Shown piece by piece: positions 45,414 to 55,716 of a stretch of 64,000 bases of DNA. The translations under genes and the position numbers were made by a program. The stretch covers positions 199,127-263,126 of the forward strand of contig JAVHLI010000001.1 in assembly GCA_031082185.1 (NCBI GenBank). The letters run 5' to 3'. Numbering within the stretch: position 1 is the first letter of the stretch; the number at the start of each line of letters is the position of its first letter. The DNA comes from a bacterium (GTDB taxonomy: Bacteria > Sysuimicrobiota > Sysuimicrobiia > Sysuimicrobiales > Humicultoraceae). The notes below the pieces were generated by a model, which saw only the letters and a list, made by a program, of their open reading frames with translations, had not been told where the DNA came from and searched no databases.

Positions 45414-45622
45414 AAACCTACCAGCGTCTGAAAGAGCAGGCCCGGCGCCACCGCCGGTCCATCACGCAGGAAGCTGCGGTCATCATCGAGGAAGCCGTGG
45501 CGAGGGCCCAGGACCCTCAGGAGTTCTGGCGGCATGCCCGCCGAGTGCGGGAGGCTGTTCAGGCCAGGTACGGAGCGTTTCCCGACAGCGCCGAGCTCAT
45601 CCGAGAGGATCGCCGGCGGTGA
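45284..45622 (+). CDS. vapB: VapB/FitA-like antitoxin (probable start near 45385)
   Basis: ..LTIRNIDPQTYQRLKEQARRHRRSITQEAAVIIEEAV.. N-terminal extension of the ORF is doubtful. Confidence 0.5.
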   Translation: MPPHAGACTEHPQRATDHSTTVPERLLPHPSTRSGLTIRNIDPQTYQRLKEQARRHRRSITQEAAVIIEEAVARAQDPQEFWRHARRVREAVQARYGAFPDSAELIREDRRR

Positions 45623-46068
45623 CCGCTGTCCCCGCGGTGGTAGTGGACACAAGCGTCGCGGTTAAGTGGTTCTTCGACGAGCCGTACTCTCGCGAGGCCC
45701 TGCACCTGCTCGAGGCGTTCGAGCAGGGTCGGCTCAGGCCCCTGGCCCCGGACCTGATCTACGCCGAGTTCGCGAACGCGGTATGGAAGCGGGTCTCCGC
45801 GGCCCACGTGAGGCCTGAGGATGGGGAGGCGGTGATCGCGGCCTTCCTCGATCTCCCGCTGGAGGTCGTGCCCAGCCCCCTCGTGCTCCTACCGGCCTAT
45901 CGCCTGGCCCTTGAGCACAGGCAGAGCATCTACGACGCCCTGTTTCTTGCGTTGAGCCTTCAGGCTGGCGCTGATCTCGTCACGGCGGATAGGGCCTTCT
46001 ATGAGAGCATCAGCGCCGGCTTCCCTCAGGTCAGGTGGGTAGGCGACGGCGTCCGAGGAGGTGCGTGA
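45619..46068 (+). CDS. vapC: PIN-domain toxin VapC
   Basis: VVDTSVAVKWFFDE.....APDLIYAEFANAV......YDALFLALS......VTAD. 4-nt overlap with the antitoxin. Confidence 0.7.
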   Translation: MTAVPAVVVDTSVAVKWFFDEPYSREALHLLEAFEQGRLRPLAPDLIYAEFANAVWKRVSAAHVRPEDGEAVIAAFLDLPLEVVPSPLVLLPAYRLALEHRQSIYDALFLALSLQAGADLVTADRAFYESISAGFPQVRWVGDGVRGGA

Positions 46069-46108
46069 CGGCGATCGGTCCGCGCCCATGCGCGTCCGGT
46101 CCCTGCTG

Positions 46109-46801
46109 CTAGGGCTGCTCTCCTCGGAGCGCGTTCTTCTCCAAGAAGCGATCGCACGCCGCGCGCAGGGTCGTTTCGGCGTCTACCCCGGCGGCCTGGG
46201 CCAAGGCAACGACCGAGAGGAGCAGTTCCTCGACCAGCTCGCTCGGCACCTGCTCGGCCGACGCCGCATCGGCCGACGCCGCATCGAGGGCCTGCCGGAT
46301 TCCCTCCAGCGCCAGCCTGAAGTCCGGCTCGGTCTTCTCCTCTTCCTGCCGCGCAGCCCGCTCGACAATCTTCTGCGCGCGGGCCAGCGCCGGTAGCGAC
46401 GCCGGGATTCCGTCGAAGACCCCCCGCTGTGGGGCCTCGCGCCGTTTGATCTCGTGCCATTGGGTCAGGACCTCGCCCGGAGTTCCAAGAGCCGTCCCCC
46501 CGAAGACGTGCGGGTGGCGGGAGATCAGCTTGCGCACCAAGCCGTCCACGACGTCGCCCGCATCGAAGGCGCCGGTTTCTTTCGCCATTTGGCCGTGGAA
46601 GACAACTTGAAGCAGCAGGTCGCCCAGCTCGTCGCGCAGCGCGGCGGAATCACCGCGCGAGATCGCCTCCAGGGTTTCGTGGGTCTCTTCCAGCAGGTAG
46701 GGCGCCAGCGAGGCGTGCGTCTGCTCGCGATCCCACGGGCAGCCGTCAGGCCCGCGCAGGCGGGCCATCACCGCGACGAGATCCTCGAAGGTGTGCCGCA
46801 T
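46109..46801 (-). CDS. mazG: nucleoside triphosphate pyrophosphohydrolase MazG
   Basis: ..LRGPDGCPWDREQTHASLAPYLLEETHE..EA........ELGDLLLQVVF. Confidence 0.8.
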   Translation of the reverse strand: MRHTFEDLVAVMARLRGPDGCPWDREQTHASLAPYLLEETHETLEAISRGDSAALRDELGDLLLQVVFHGQMAKETGAFDAGDVVDGLVRKLISRHPHVFGGTALGTPGEVLTQWHEIKRREAPQRGVFDGIPASLPALARAQKIVERAARQEEEKTEPDFRLALEGIRQALDAASADAASAEQVPSELVEELLLSVVALAQAAGVDAETTLRAACDRFLEKNALRGEQP

Positions 46802-46822
46802 GCGCGTGGTCGAGGCCGTTGG

Positions 46823-47254
46823 TTAGCTGCCCGCCGCGTTCTGCCTGAGCACGCGCAGGGCCTCCTGCCTGAACTCCTCGAAGTCCCCCAGCCCTGTCTG
46901 CAAGATCTCGAACACCCTGCGGTCGTCCACGCGCGCGTACTCGTGGACGAGGATGTTGCGGAAGGCTTTCATGCCGCGCAGCCGCTCCTTCAGTTCTGCC
47001 GGAAGCACCCCGGCCGCGTGGAGCTTCTCGAAGAGGTCGTCCTCCTCGCCCGGCAGGCCAAGCCGGAGGCCGGCCACCAGCATGGCGCAAACATCCACGA
47101 CTGCTTCGACGGCGATCTGAAGGAGGCGCTCACAGGCCCGGCGCGTCGCCACATGCCGGTAATCCTCGACGGTCGCGGGCGCGACCTGCCGCAACTCGCG
47201 CAGGTACTGCTCCAGGTCATCCAGGCGCCCGAGGATGCGCTCACGGTCCAGCAT
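46823..47254 (-). CDS. hepT: HepT (DUF86, HEPN-RNase) toxin
   Basis: ..RGMKAFRNILVHEYARVD.. (R-x4-HxY). Start at Met60 of ORF 46823-47431. Confidence 0.65.
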   Translation of the reverse strand: MLDRERILGRLDDLEQYLRELRQVAPATVEDYRHVATRRACERLLQIAVEAVVDVCAMLVAGLRLGLPGEEDDLFEKLHAAGVLPAELKERLRGMKAFRNILVHEYARVDDRRVFEILQTGLGDFEEFRQEALRVLRQNAAGS

Positions 47255-47624
47255 GGAGCACCGCGTCGAGGTACATCTTGTGGATGTGCCGGAAGTCCTC
47301 GAAGGCCGCGATAGTGCGCCGGGCGAGCGTGTAGAGCGCGTCCTCGTCCCGCACGAACAGCACCCTGCCCTCCTTGAGGATTCGCGAGCGCATCGCCAAC
47401 GGCAGGGACTGGAACACCTGGAGGTCCACATCGTGCCGGCTCAGATAATGCAGGCGGCGCTCCAAGGCATCGGCGCCGCCGGTGGGGGAAAGGACCAGGC
47501 ACACGTCGAGATCCGACCCCGCTCCCGCCTGACCGCGCGCCGCGCTTCCAAAAAGCACAACGGCCAGCACCGCGGAGTCTGTCTCGGCCTCCAGGACAAG
47601 CCTATCGAGCGTTCCGTTCTTCAT
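47241..47624 (-). CDS. mntA: MntA nucleotidyltransferase antitoxin
   Basis: VLFGSAARGQAGAGSDLDVCLVL (GS...DxD). Confidence 0.65.
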   Translation of the reverse strand: MKNGTLDRLVLEAETDSAVLAVVLFGSAARGQAGAGSDLDVCLVLSPTGGADALERRLHYLSRHDVDLQVFQSLPLAMRSRILKEGRVLFVRDEDALYTLARRTIAAFEDFRHIHKMYLDAVLHAGP

Positions 47625-47656
47625 CGTGCCGCCCCTGGTTCAAGCCTGCCGGCGCG

Positions 47657-48637
47657 CTACTTCCGCTCGAACCGCTCGACCTTGGCCACCTTCCGCTGCT
47701 CCGTCAGCCAGGCATCAAACGCCTTCTCGCGCCTGGATCCGAGCAGTTGCGCGCGGATCTCTTCCTTGACCTTCTCGAGCGAGCCCTTCTCGGCGATCTT
47801 CGTTTCGTGGACCCGGATGATGTGCAGGCCGTACTGCGTCCGCACCGGGCCGCTGGTCTGTCCGGGCTTGAGCGCCCACGCGACCGTCTCGAACTCCTTC
47901 ACGAGCGTGCCCTTGGTGACGAACCCCAGGTCGCCGCCGCGCTCAGCGCTGCCCGGGTCCTCGGAGTACTGTTTGGCCAGGTCCTCGAACTTCGCGCCGT
48001 CGGCCAGCTTGGCTTGGATTATCTTGACCTTGGCCGCCGCCACCGGCTCGGTGCCCTTCTCGCCTATGCGCAGCAGGATGTGGCTGACCTTGATCTGGGC
48101 AGGCTTGTCGTAGAGCGCCGGGTTGGTGTTGTACTGCTTGCGCACCTCGTCGTCCGACACGCTTGCCACCGCCACGACCTCCGCCACTTTCCGCTGGGTG
48201 ATGCTGATGCTGATCATCTCGCGCAGGCCGGCGAGCGTCAGGCCGTTCCGGGCTAAGGCGGCTGTGAACTCGGCTTCGCCGGGGAACCGCTGCTTGATGG
48301 CGGCAATCTGCTCCTCGATTTCCTTGTCGCCGGCCGCGATGTTGCGCTTCCGCCCCTCCTGAACCACCAGGCGCTGCGCGACGATCTGATCTATCACTGC
48401 CTTGGCGATCTCGCCCTGCTGCTTTGCGAACTCTGCGCCGGTCGGATCCAGGCCAAACTGGGCGGCGGCCCTGGTTACCTCAGCGTCCACCTGCGACCAG
48501 TAGATCGCGTCGCCGTTTACACGGGCGGCCACGGCCGATCCCTTCCGGGCGCCCTTCGTTAGGAACCATGCTCCGACGCCCGCGGCTGCCACGACGGCCA
48601 CCACGGCGACGGCGATAATGACATTGCGTAGCTTCAT
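47657..48637 (-). CDS. parvulin-type peptidyl-prolyl isomerase (SurA/PrsA-like), secreted
   Basis: N-terminal TM/signal. ..KVSHILLRIGEKG.....GGDLGFVTKGTLVKEFETVAWALKPGQTSGPVRTQYGLHIIRV. Confidence 0.7.
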   Translation of the reverse strand: MKLRNVIIAVAVVAVVAAAGVGAWFLTKGARKGSAVAARVNGDAIYWSQVDAEVTRAAAQFGLDPTGAEFAKQQGEIAKAVIDQIVAQRLVVQEGRKRNIAAGDKEIEEQIAAIKQRFPGEAEFTAALARNGLTLAGLREMISISITQRKVAEVVAVASVSDDEVRKQYNTNPALYDKPAQIKVSHILLRIGEKGTEPVAAAKVKIIQAKLADGAKFEDLAKQYSEDPGSAERGGDLGFVTKGTLVKEFETVAWALKPGQTSGPVRTQYGLHIIRVHETKIAEKGSLEKVKEEIRAQLLGSRREKAFDAWLTEQRKVAKVERFERK

Positions 48638-51600
48638 CTGGGAACTCCCTCCTCTGTGCGAACGGAATCAGCATACCGCAGCGCGTCGCGTGCCGCCAGC
48701 CTTCCAACCAGCTCCAGCGTCTCTATCAACGGTCCGGCCTGCTCGGCGAAGGTCCGGCCCACGGCGCGCACCGTGAGACCGGCCGCCGTGACCTGGGCCC
48801 GGCTGCCCAGCGCCAGGCGGAGCCGATCCTGGGCGGTCGCGTCGAGGTGACTACCCTCGTTCAGGCGCACAACGAATCGTCCATCCTTCCGCGTGATCGA
48901 GGTGGCGCCGACGCCGCGTGCCGCGACCCGCAGGCGCACCGCGTCGAGCAGCGCGCGTGCAGGAGGCGGAGGTGGGCCGTAGCGTTCCTCCATTTCGGCG
49001 GCGACGGTCTCTGCCTCCTCGGCGGTACGCGCCGCCCCCAGGCGCCGGTAGCTGGCCATGCGCTCGTTCTCGTCGGGCAGATACGCCACGGGCAGGTGCG
49101 CGTCCACGCCGAGCTCGAGCGCCGGGTCCCGCGCATCCTCGATGATCTCACCGCGCGCCTCGCGGATCGCCTCGTCGAGCAGCCGGCAGTACAGGTCGAA
49201 ACCCACCGCCGCCACGTGGCCGTGCTGTTCAGGGCCCAGGATGTTGCCGGCCCCCCTGATCTCGAGGTCCCGCATCGCCAGGCCCATCCCGGAGCCCAAC
49301 TCGACGAACTCGGCCATCGCCCGCAGCCGCTGCTCGGCTTCGCCCGTCAGCGGTGTCCTGGGCGGGTAGAGCAGGTAGCAATACGCCTGCCGGTCGGCGC
49401 GGCCCACGCGGCCGCGCAACTGGTAGAGCTGCGCCAGGCCCATCAAGTGCGCGTCCTCGATCAGGATCGTGTTGACCTGCGGGATGTCCAGGCCAATCTC
49501 GACGATGGTGGTGCAGACGAGCACGTCGAGACGTCCGCCGAGGAAGTCGAGCATCACGGTTTCCAGCCGCTCCTCGCTTATCTGTCCGTGCCCGATCCCG
49601 ACGCGCGCTTCGGGCACCAGGTGGCGGATGCGTCGAGCAGCGCGCCCGATCGTTTCGACCCGGTTGTGCACCACGTACACCTGCCCGCCGCGCGCCAGCT
49701 CGTGCCGGATCGCGTCGCGCACCAGGTCGTCGTCCTGGGGCCGGATCTCGGTGTGGATGGGCAGACGGGCCTCCGGCGGCGTCTCCATCACCGTGAGGTC
49801 GCGCAGGCCGGCCAGCGACATGTGCAGCGTGCGCGGGATGGGCGTGGCGGTGAGGGTGAGCACGTCCACGCTCCGCCGTAGCGCCTTGAGGTGTTCCTTG
49901 TGCCCTACGCCGAAGCGCTGCTCCTCGTCCACGACCACCAGCCCCAGGTTGGGAAACCGCACATCTTTGCCCAGCAGCCGGTGGGTGCCGATCACCACGT
50001 CCACGGTGCCGGCCGCCAGGCCCGCCAACACCGCCTTCTGTTCAGCGGGCGAGCGGAAGCGGCTGAGCAACTCCACCGTTACAGGGTAGGGTGCGAACCG
50101 TTCGCTGAAGACGCTGAAGTGCTGCTGCGCCAGCACCGTGGTCGGGACCACCACGGCCACCTGCCTGCCGTCCATCACCGCCTTGAACGCCGCGCGCAGC
50201 GCCACCTCGGTCTTTCCGTAGCCGACGTCGCCTGCCACCAGCCGGTCCATGGGCCGCGGCGCCTCCATGTCGCGCTTGACCGCCTCGATGGCCATGCGCT
50301 GGTGCGGGGTTTCCTCGTGGGGAAACGCGGCCTCCATCTCGGCCTGCCAGGGCGTGTCCGGGCCGAAGGCGTGGCCCGCTGCCGTGGCCCTCGCCGCGTA
50401 GAGCGTCAGCAGCGAGGCCGCCATCTCGCGCGTGGCTTCCTTTACCTGGCGCTTCTCACGCTCCCACTCGGCGCCGCCCAGCCGGTGGATCCTGACCTGC
50501 GCGCCCTCGCCGATGTAGCGCTGGACCAGTCCGATCTGGTCGGTGGGAACGTAGAGGCGATCTTCCGCCGCGTACTGGAGCATCAGGTACTCTCGTTCCG
50601 CGCCGCCCTGCTGCAACCGGACCAGGCCCTTGTAGCGGCCGATGCCGTGGTGCAGGTGCACGACCAGATCGTCAGGGGACAGGTCAACCCACGACGCAAG
50701 GCGCTCGCCCTCGCGCAGGAACCGCATCCGGGGCCGGCGCCGCCTCCACCCGACGATCTCGGCGTCGGTCGCCACCGCCAGGCCTGCCGAGTCGAGGCGG
50801 AATCCCCGCGCAAGGGGAACGGGGACGGCCACGATGCGGCCGCGGAGGGGCATCGCGTCGAGGCGCTCGGCCAGCGCCACCTCGATGCCGGAGTCTGCCA
50901 GGATGTGCGCAAGGCGACCGGCCTGGGCAGAGGCGACCACGACGCTCAGGCCCTCATCTGCCAGGCCTGCGAGCATCTTGGCGAACAGGTGCGTCTGGCC
51001 GCCGTGGGCTTCTAGGCCTCCTGCTTCCAGGCGGATCTCGTGCCAGCGTCCCTCGGGCGGTCGCGCGGCCGCGATCGCCATGCGCCGGCGTCCGGGGGCC
51101 GGGCCGGCAATCCGCGACCAGGGCAGGGGTTTGGGATCGGCGCGCTCGCCGAGCAGGCGGACCGCGCCCTCGGCCTCGGCCGGTTCCACCAGGACCAGCA
51201 GCCCGCCGGAGGGGAGATGCTCCGCAAGCGATGTGGCGGCGTCGCTCTCCGCGCGCAGCCACGCCGGCCGCACCGTGACCTCGGGCAGCGCTTCCAGGCC
51301 GCGCTGCGAGAGCGGATCGAACGCGCGCAGCGAGTCCACCTCATCTCCCCACAGATCGAGGCGGACCGGCGCGTCCGCGTCCGGAGGAAACAGGTCCACG
51401 ACGCCGCCGCGTACCGCGAACTCGCCCGGATTGGCCACCAGCCCGACGCGCTGGTAGCCGCCGGACTCCAGGTCGGCCACCAGGCGATCGCGCGGCAGCG
51501 TCTGTTCAGGGCGCAGGCGGAGCGTCGCGGCGGACAGGGCTTCGGGGGAAGGGAGCGGCTCGGCGCACGCGGCCGCGGACGCCACCACGACCACCTGTCT

Positions 51601-51963
51601 TCCGGCGGTGGCGAGGGCGTCTAGGACCCCCAGGCGCTCGCGGACCGCGGCCGGGTCGTCCGGGAAGAGAATTACCTGGATCTCCGCGCCGGAGAGCGCC
51701 GCACGCAGGTCGTCTGTCAGGCGCTCGGCGGCCTCGCGGTTCGGGGCAATCGCCAGGGTGGGCGGCCGGGCGCCCGTCCCGTCAGGGACCGTGCCGGCGA
51801 TCTCGGGATCGGTGATGACCGCGGCCAGCAGGCACGCCGCCGCGCTGCCGCCCGGCCCGAGGGCGGACGGCGGCACATCACCCTCGATCAGGGCCCGGCG
51901 GATCTCTTTGTAGGCAGGCGCCTCCCGGAGAAGCTCCAGGAGACCCTGCAGGAGCAGGGTCAT
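48634..51963 (-). CDS. mfd: transcription-repair coupling factor Mfd
   Basis: 1109 aa. ..DLVVHLHHGIGRY.G.......EYL.LQYAAEDRLYVP.... GDVGYGKTEVA. DEEQRFGV. TATPIPRT. Confidence 0.9.
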   Translation of the reverse strand: MTLLLQGLLELLREAPAYKEIRRALIEGDVPPSALGPGGSAAACLLAAVITDPEIAGTVPDGTGARPPTLAIAPNREAAERLTDDLRAALSGAEIQVILFPDDPAAVRERLGVLDALATAGRQVVVVASAAACAEPLPSPEALSAATLRLRPEQTLPRDRLVADLESGGYQRVGLVANPGEFAVRGGVVDLFPPDADAPVRLDLWGDEVDSLRAFDPLSQRGLEALPEVTVRPAWLRAESDAATSLAEHLPSGGLLVLVEPAEAEGAVRLLGERADPKPLPWSRIAGPAPGRRRMAIAAARPPEGRWHEIRLEAGGLEAHGGQTHLFAKMLAGLADEGLSVVVASAQAGRLAHILADSGIEVALAERLDAMPLRGRIVAVPVPLARGFRLDSAGLAVATDAEIVGWRRRRPRMRFLREGERLASWVDLSPDDLVVHLHHGIGRYKGLVRLQQGGAEREYLMLQYAAEDRLYVPTDQIGLVQRYIGEGAQVRIHRLGGAEWEREKRQVKEATREMAASLLTLYAARATAAGHAFGPDTPWQAEMEAAFPHEETPHQRMAIEAVKRDMEAPRPMDRLVAGDVGYGKTEVALRAAFKAVMDGRQVAVVVPTTVLAQQHFSVFSERFAPYPVTVELLSRFRSPAEQKAVLAGLAAGTVDVVIGTHRLLGKDVRFPNLGLVVVDEEQRFGVGHKEHLKALRRSVDVLTLTATPIPRTLHMSLAGLRDLTVMETPPEARLPIHTEIRPQDDDLVRDAIRHELARGGQVYVVHNRVETIGRAARRIRHLVPEARVGIGHGQISEERLETVMLDFLGGRLDVLVCTTIVEIGLDIPQVNTILIEDAHLMGLAQLYQLRGRVGRADRQAYCYLLYPPRTPLTGEAEQRLRAMAEFVELGSGMGLAMRDLEIRGAGNILGPEQHGHVAAVGFDLYCRLLDEAIREARGEIIEDARDPALELGVDAHLPVAYLPDENERMASYRRLGAARTAEEAETVAAEMEERYGPPPPPARALLDAVRLRVAARGVGATSITRKDGRFVVRLNEGSHLDATAQDRLRLALGSRAQVTAAGLTVRAVGRTFAEQAGPLIETLELVGRLAARDALRYADSVRTEEGVPR

Positions 51964-52086
51964 ATTGAGAAACCGTAACCTCTATTGTACCGAAACCAGA
52001 GGCGGTGGTGAATCAGCTAGAGGACACACGCCCGATGACACGAAGACGATCATCGGTGGAAACTCAATGCGGGTCTTTCGGGAGGT

Positions 52087-53088
52087 GTGGCGCGCGTGAT
52101 TCGGCGGCAACTTGGCCGGGGCGGGTTTGAGGTCTCGGCGTTCGGGCTCGGCTGCATGAGCATGTCGGGAAGTTACGGGTACGGCGTGGGTGACGAGGCC
52201 GAGTCGATCGCCACGATTCACCGGGCCTACGAGCTTGGGGTTGCGTTCTTCGACACGGCGGACGCCTACGGTAACGGGCACAACGAGACGTTGCTGGGGC
52301 AGGCCGTCCGTCCGTTCCGGCGTGAGATCGTTATCGCCACCAAGTTCGGCCACGTGCCCGCCAGAGAAGGCCGGCCCGCGGGCATAAGTGGCAAGCCCGA
52401 TTACGTGAGGGAAGCGTGCGCGGAGAGCCTGCAGCGACTGGGGGTCGATGTCATCGACCTCTACTACCAGCATCGCGTCGATCCCGATACGCCCATCGAG
52501 GATACGGTGGGTGCGATGGTCGGGCTGGTCGAAGCCGGCAAGGTGAAATACCTGGGCCTCTCGGAGGCGTCGGCTGCCACCATCCGGCGCGGGCACGCCA
52601 TTCATCCCATCACCGCGGTTCAGTCGGAATACTCGCTATGGACTCGAGATCCCGAACGCGAGGTCTTGAAGACCTGCCGCGAGTTGGGGATTGGCTTCGT
52701 GCCCTACAGCCCGCTCGGCCGGGGCTTCCTCACCGGTACGGTGCAGTCGCCCGACGACCTGGCGGCAGACGACCGGCGGCGCATTCATCCACGTTTCCAT
52801 CCAGAGAACTTCAGCAGCAATCTCCGGCTGGTCGACCGCCTGCGCGCCATGGCGGAGGCGAAGGGCTGTTCGCTGCCCCAACTGGTGATCGCTTGGGTGC
52901 TGGCGCAGGGCGACGATATCGTGCCCATCCCCGGTGCCCGGCGCCGCGCGCACCTGGAGGAAAACCTGGGCGCCCTGAGTGTCACGCTGACGAAGGACGA
53001 TCTGGCCGCGCTGGACGAAATCGCGCCGATCGGTGTCGCAGCCGGCGCCCGCTATCCGGCGGATGGGATGCGGGCTATCAACCGCTAG
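52087..53088 (+). CDS. aldo/keto reductase
   Basis: ..[22 protein letters not shown]......[24 protein letters not shown].....[10 protein letters not shown]. Confidence 0.8.
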   Translation: MARVIRRQLGRGGFEVSAFGLGCMSMSGSYGYGVGDEAESIATIHRAYELGVAFFDTADAYGNGHNETLLGQAVRPFRREIVIATKFGHVPAREGRPAGISGKPDYVREACAESLQRLGVDVIDLYYQHRVDPDTPIEDTVGAMVGLVEAGKVKYLGLSEASAATIRRGHAIHPITAVQSEYSLWTRDPEREVLKTCRELGIGFVPYSPLGRGFLTGTVQSPDDLAADDRRRIHPRFHPENFSSNLRLVDRLRAMAEAKGCSLPQLVIAWVLAQGDDIVPIPGARRRAHLEENLGALSVTLTKDDLAALDEIAPIGVAAGARYPADGMRAINR

Positions 53089-53192
53089 ATCCTGCAGCCC
53101 GCAGCGCACCCCGGCACGCGCGCCATGCGCAGTAGCCGGTGGGGGAGACACCCAGGGCGCGGCTCATCCTGGTCACTCGGTCAGGGATGGTC

Positions 53193-55325
53193 TCAGGCCA
53201 GGTTGAAGCGGCGGTGGAGCGCCCCGACCGCATCCTCCGCCCTGTCCCTGGAGATGACGCAGGAGATGCGCAGCGGGGAAGTGCTGATCATGTCAATGTT
53301 GATTCCTTCATCTGCCAGGGCCTCGAACATGGAAGCGGCGACCCCCGCATCCTGCGAGATGCCGGCTCCCACCACGGACACCTTGGCGATCCCCGCATCC
53401 TCAGCAACACGGCGGGCGCCCAACTCAGCCGCCAGATCACGGCATACGCGGCGGGCGTCATCCAGGTGTTCCCTGACCACGGTGAAGGCGATGTCGTTCC
53501 GTCCTTCCCGATGCATGCCCTGCAGGATCATGTCCACCTTCACCCCGGCGTTTGCCAGGGCCCGGAACACCCGGGCCGCCATACCCGGCACGTCGGGCAC
53601 GGCCTCCAACACCAGCTTGATCTCGTCGCAGCTGTGGGTGACCGCTCTAATGATGACTTCCTCCATCTCGTTTCCTCCTCCCACCTGCGTGCCCGGATCG
53701 TCGCTGAAGCTGGACCGAACCACCAGCTCTACTCCGAACCGCTTGGCGACTTCCACTGCGCGCGGCTGAATGACTCGGGTTCCCAGGTCGGCCATCTCCA
53801 GCATCTCGTCGTAGGAGATCCGACGAATGAGCCTGGCCTGGGGGATCACCCGCGGATCGGCCGTGTAGACCCCATCGACATCGGTATGGATCTCGCATCG
53901 GTCCGCCCGAAGGGCTGCGGCCACGGCGACGGCGGTGGTGTCCGACCCACCCCGACCCAGCGTGGTTACATCACCGCCGGCCTCCCGGCCCTGGAAGCCG
54001 GCCACCACCACGACCCTGCCGGTCCTGAGGTGGTTCATGATCTTCTCCCGGTCGATCCGGCGGATGCGGGCCCGACGGTGTGCGCGATCGGTGATGATCC
54101 CAACCTGGGACCCGGTCAGGGAGACGGCTTCCACCCCCTGACGGCTGAGCGCCATGGACAGAAGGGCGATGGAAACCTGCTCGCCGGTGGAGAGGAGCAT
54201 GTCCATCTCCCGAGGCGGCGGCTCAGGGTTGATGGAATTGGCCAGGGCGATCAACTCGTCGGTGGCACCTCCCATGGCCGACACTACCACCACGACATCG
54301 TCACCGGCCCTGCGGGCCTGTGCTACACGGTCGGCCACCTTCCTGATGCGATCTGCATCGGCCACCGAGGTGCCCCCGTACTTCTGGACAACCAGGGAGC
54401 GCACAGGGCGGTCGGTCGTGGAGACCTCGGCGCCGAACAGATCGGCCATTACCACCTGTGTGTCCGTCTTGACGCCGGCGCGGGAGAAGGCGGCCTGCAT
54501 GGCATCGGCCACTTCCGCTTCCACGCGCTCGGGGACGAAGGCCAGCAGGGAGGGTCCGGAGCCGCTTAGGGCCACTCCTGCCGCGCCGGCTGCATGGGCC
54601 GCGGCAATGGCTTCAGCCATACCCGGGATGAGCTCTGCCCGGTAGTTCTGGTGCAGCCGGTCGTCCATTGCAATTGCCAGGTGAGCGTGCTCGCCGCTGG
54701 AGATCCCGGCCATGAACAACGCCACCCGGCCTATGTTGAAGACCGCGTCGTCAAGGGGCACCACCGAAGGTAGGACCTGGCGGGCAAAGGCCGTGGGAAC
54801 CTGGAAGTCCGGTACCACGACGAGGATGTTCAGGCCAAACGACGGGTTGATGCGGACATGCTCCACACGCCCCGCGTGGGGGACAGAAACCACCAACCCG
54901 CCCAGGAAGGCAGGGACCACGTTGTCCGGGTGGCCCTCGCGCTCCACGGCCATCACCATCAGTTGCTCGCGATCGTACGGCCCACCGATGAGATGGTTGG
55001 CTGCCAGCAGCCCACCGACGATGGCGGCGGCGCTGGACCCCAACCCCCGGCCGAGGGGGATGCGGTTGAGGCAATGCACCCGCAGTCCGGGTGGACTCGA
55101 TCCGGCGCGGTCGAAGACCATGTTCATGGCCTGGACCACCAGGTTGGAGCCATCACGGGGTAGCGTATCCGCGCCTTCACCCTCTACCGTAACCACCAGG
55201 CCTTCGGGGATGACCACGGTCTCGATCTCGTTGTAGAGTTCCAGGGCTAATCCCAGGACGTCAAAGCCCGATCCCAGGTTGGCGCTGGTTGCCGGCACGG
55301 TCACCCTGACGCGCATTGCCTTCAC
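53193..55325 (-). CDS. in-frame fusion ORF: homoserine kinase (GHMP) N-terminal ~310 aa + aspartate kinase with two ACT domains (C-terminal ~400 aa)
   Basis: N-terminus VTVPATSANLGSGFDVLGLA....GRGLGSSAAAIVGGLLAANHL....LSGSGPSLLAF. No stop, then VVQKYGGTSVADADRIRKVADRV....VVVVSAMGGATDEL....GRGGSDTTAV, then ACT repeats. Confidence 0.6.
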   Translation of the reverse strand: MKAMRVRVTVPATSANLGSGFDVLGLALELYNEIETVVIPEGLVVTVEGEGADTLPRDGSNLVVQAMNMVFDRAGSSPPGLRVHCLNRIPLGRGLGSSAAAIVGGLLAANHLIGGPYDREQLMVMAVEREGHPDNVVPAFLGGLVVSVPHAGRVEHVRINPSFGLNILVVVPDFQVPTAFARQVLPSVVPLDDAVFNIGRVALFMAGISSGEHAHLAIAMDDRLHQNYRAELIPGMAEAIAAAHAAGAAGVALSGSGPSLLAFVPERVEAEVADAMQAAFSRAGVKTDTQVVMADLFGAEVSTTDRPVRSLVVQKYGGTSVADADRIRKVADRVAQARRAGDDVVVVVSAMGGATDELIALANSINPEPPPREMDMLLSTGEQVSIALLSMALSRQGVEAVSLTGSQVGIITDRAHRRARIRRIDREKIMNHLRTGRVVVVAGFQGREAGGDVTTLGRGGSDTTAVAVAAALRADRCEIHTDVDGVYTADPRVIPQARLIRRISYDEMLEMADLGTRVIQPRAVEVAKRFGVELVVRSSFSDDPGTQVGGGNEMEEVIIRAVTHSCDEIKLVLEAVPDVPGMAARVFRALANAGVKVDMILQGMHREGRNDIAFTVVREHLDDARRVCRDLAAELGARRVAEDAGIAKVSVVGAGISQDAGVAASMFEALADEGINIDMISTSPLRISCVISRDRAEDAVGALHRRFNLA

Positions 55326-55393
55326 CCTCCAACGCTCACACGGAGTTCGGCTGCGGGTTTGCGCAGGACTCTACCACCTTGTGCGGGGGGCGG

Positions 55394-55716
55394 TCAAATG
55401 TTTGAGTCGAGTTGGGCCACCAGCCGGACGAACTCCCGGATCGGGGCGAGCTGATGCATCGCGGCAAGCACCAGGCGGTAATCCAATCCTACATATTCAT
55501 GGACTACGACGTTCCGAAAGCCAGGGAGTCGCACCAGGACCTCGACGACCTCAGAGGGGAAGCCATCTGCGCGATCATCAACAGCGAGAACAGCACGTCG
55601 TTTCGGAGCGAGAGGTTGCTTTCGAGATCCTGCGGGGTCACAACCTCGTCCCTGCGGGCCTCAAGGTGATCGAGGTACCGCTGGATCTCGCTCAGCCTCT
55701 CGGTAAGGAACGTCAT
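55394..55716 (-). pseudogene. hepT: HepT (DUF86) toxin gene with a 1-nt frameshift
   Basis: Frame A: MTFLTERLSEIQRYLDHLEARRDEVVTPQDLESNLSLRNDVLFSLLMIAQ.. Frame B resumes: ..DGFPSEVVEVLVRLPGFRNVVVHEYVGLDYRLV..LDSNI*, which carries the R-x4-HxY motif. Confidence 0.6.

Noticed and set aside
46254-46283. 15-bp exact tandem duplication (gccgacgccgcatcg x2)
   Set aside because: Lies inside mazG coding sequence and simply duplicates five codons (DAASA). It is not a CRISPR or other repeat array.
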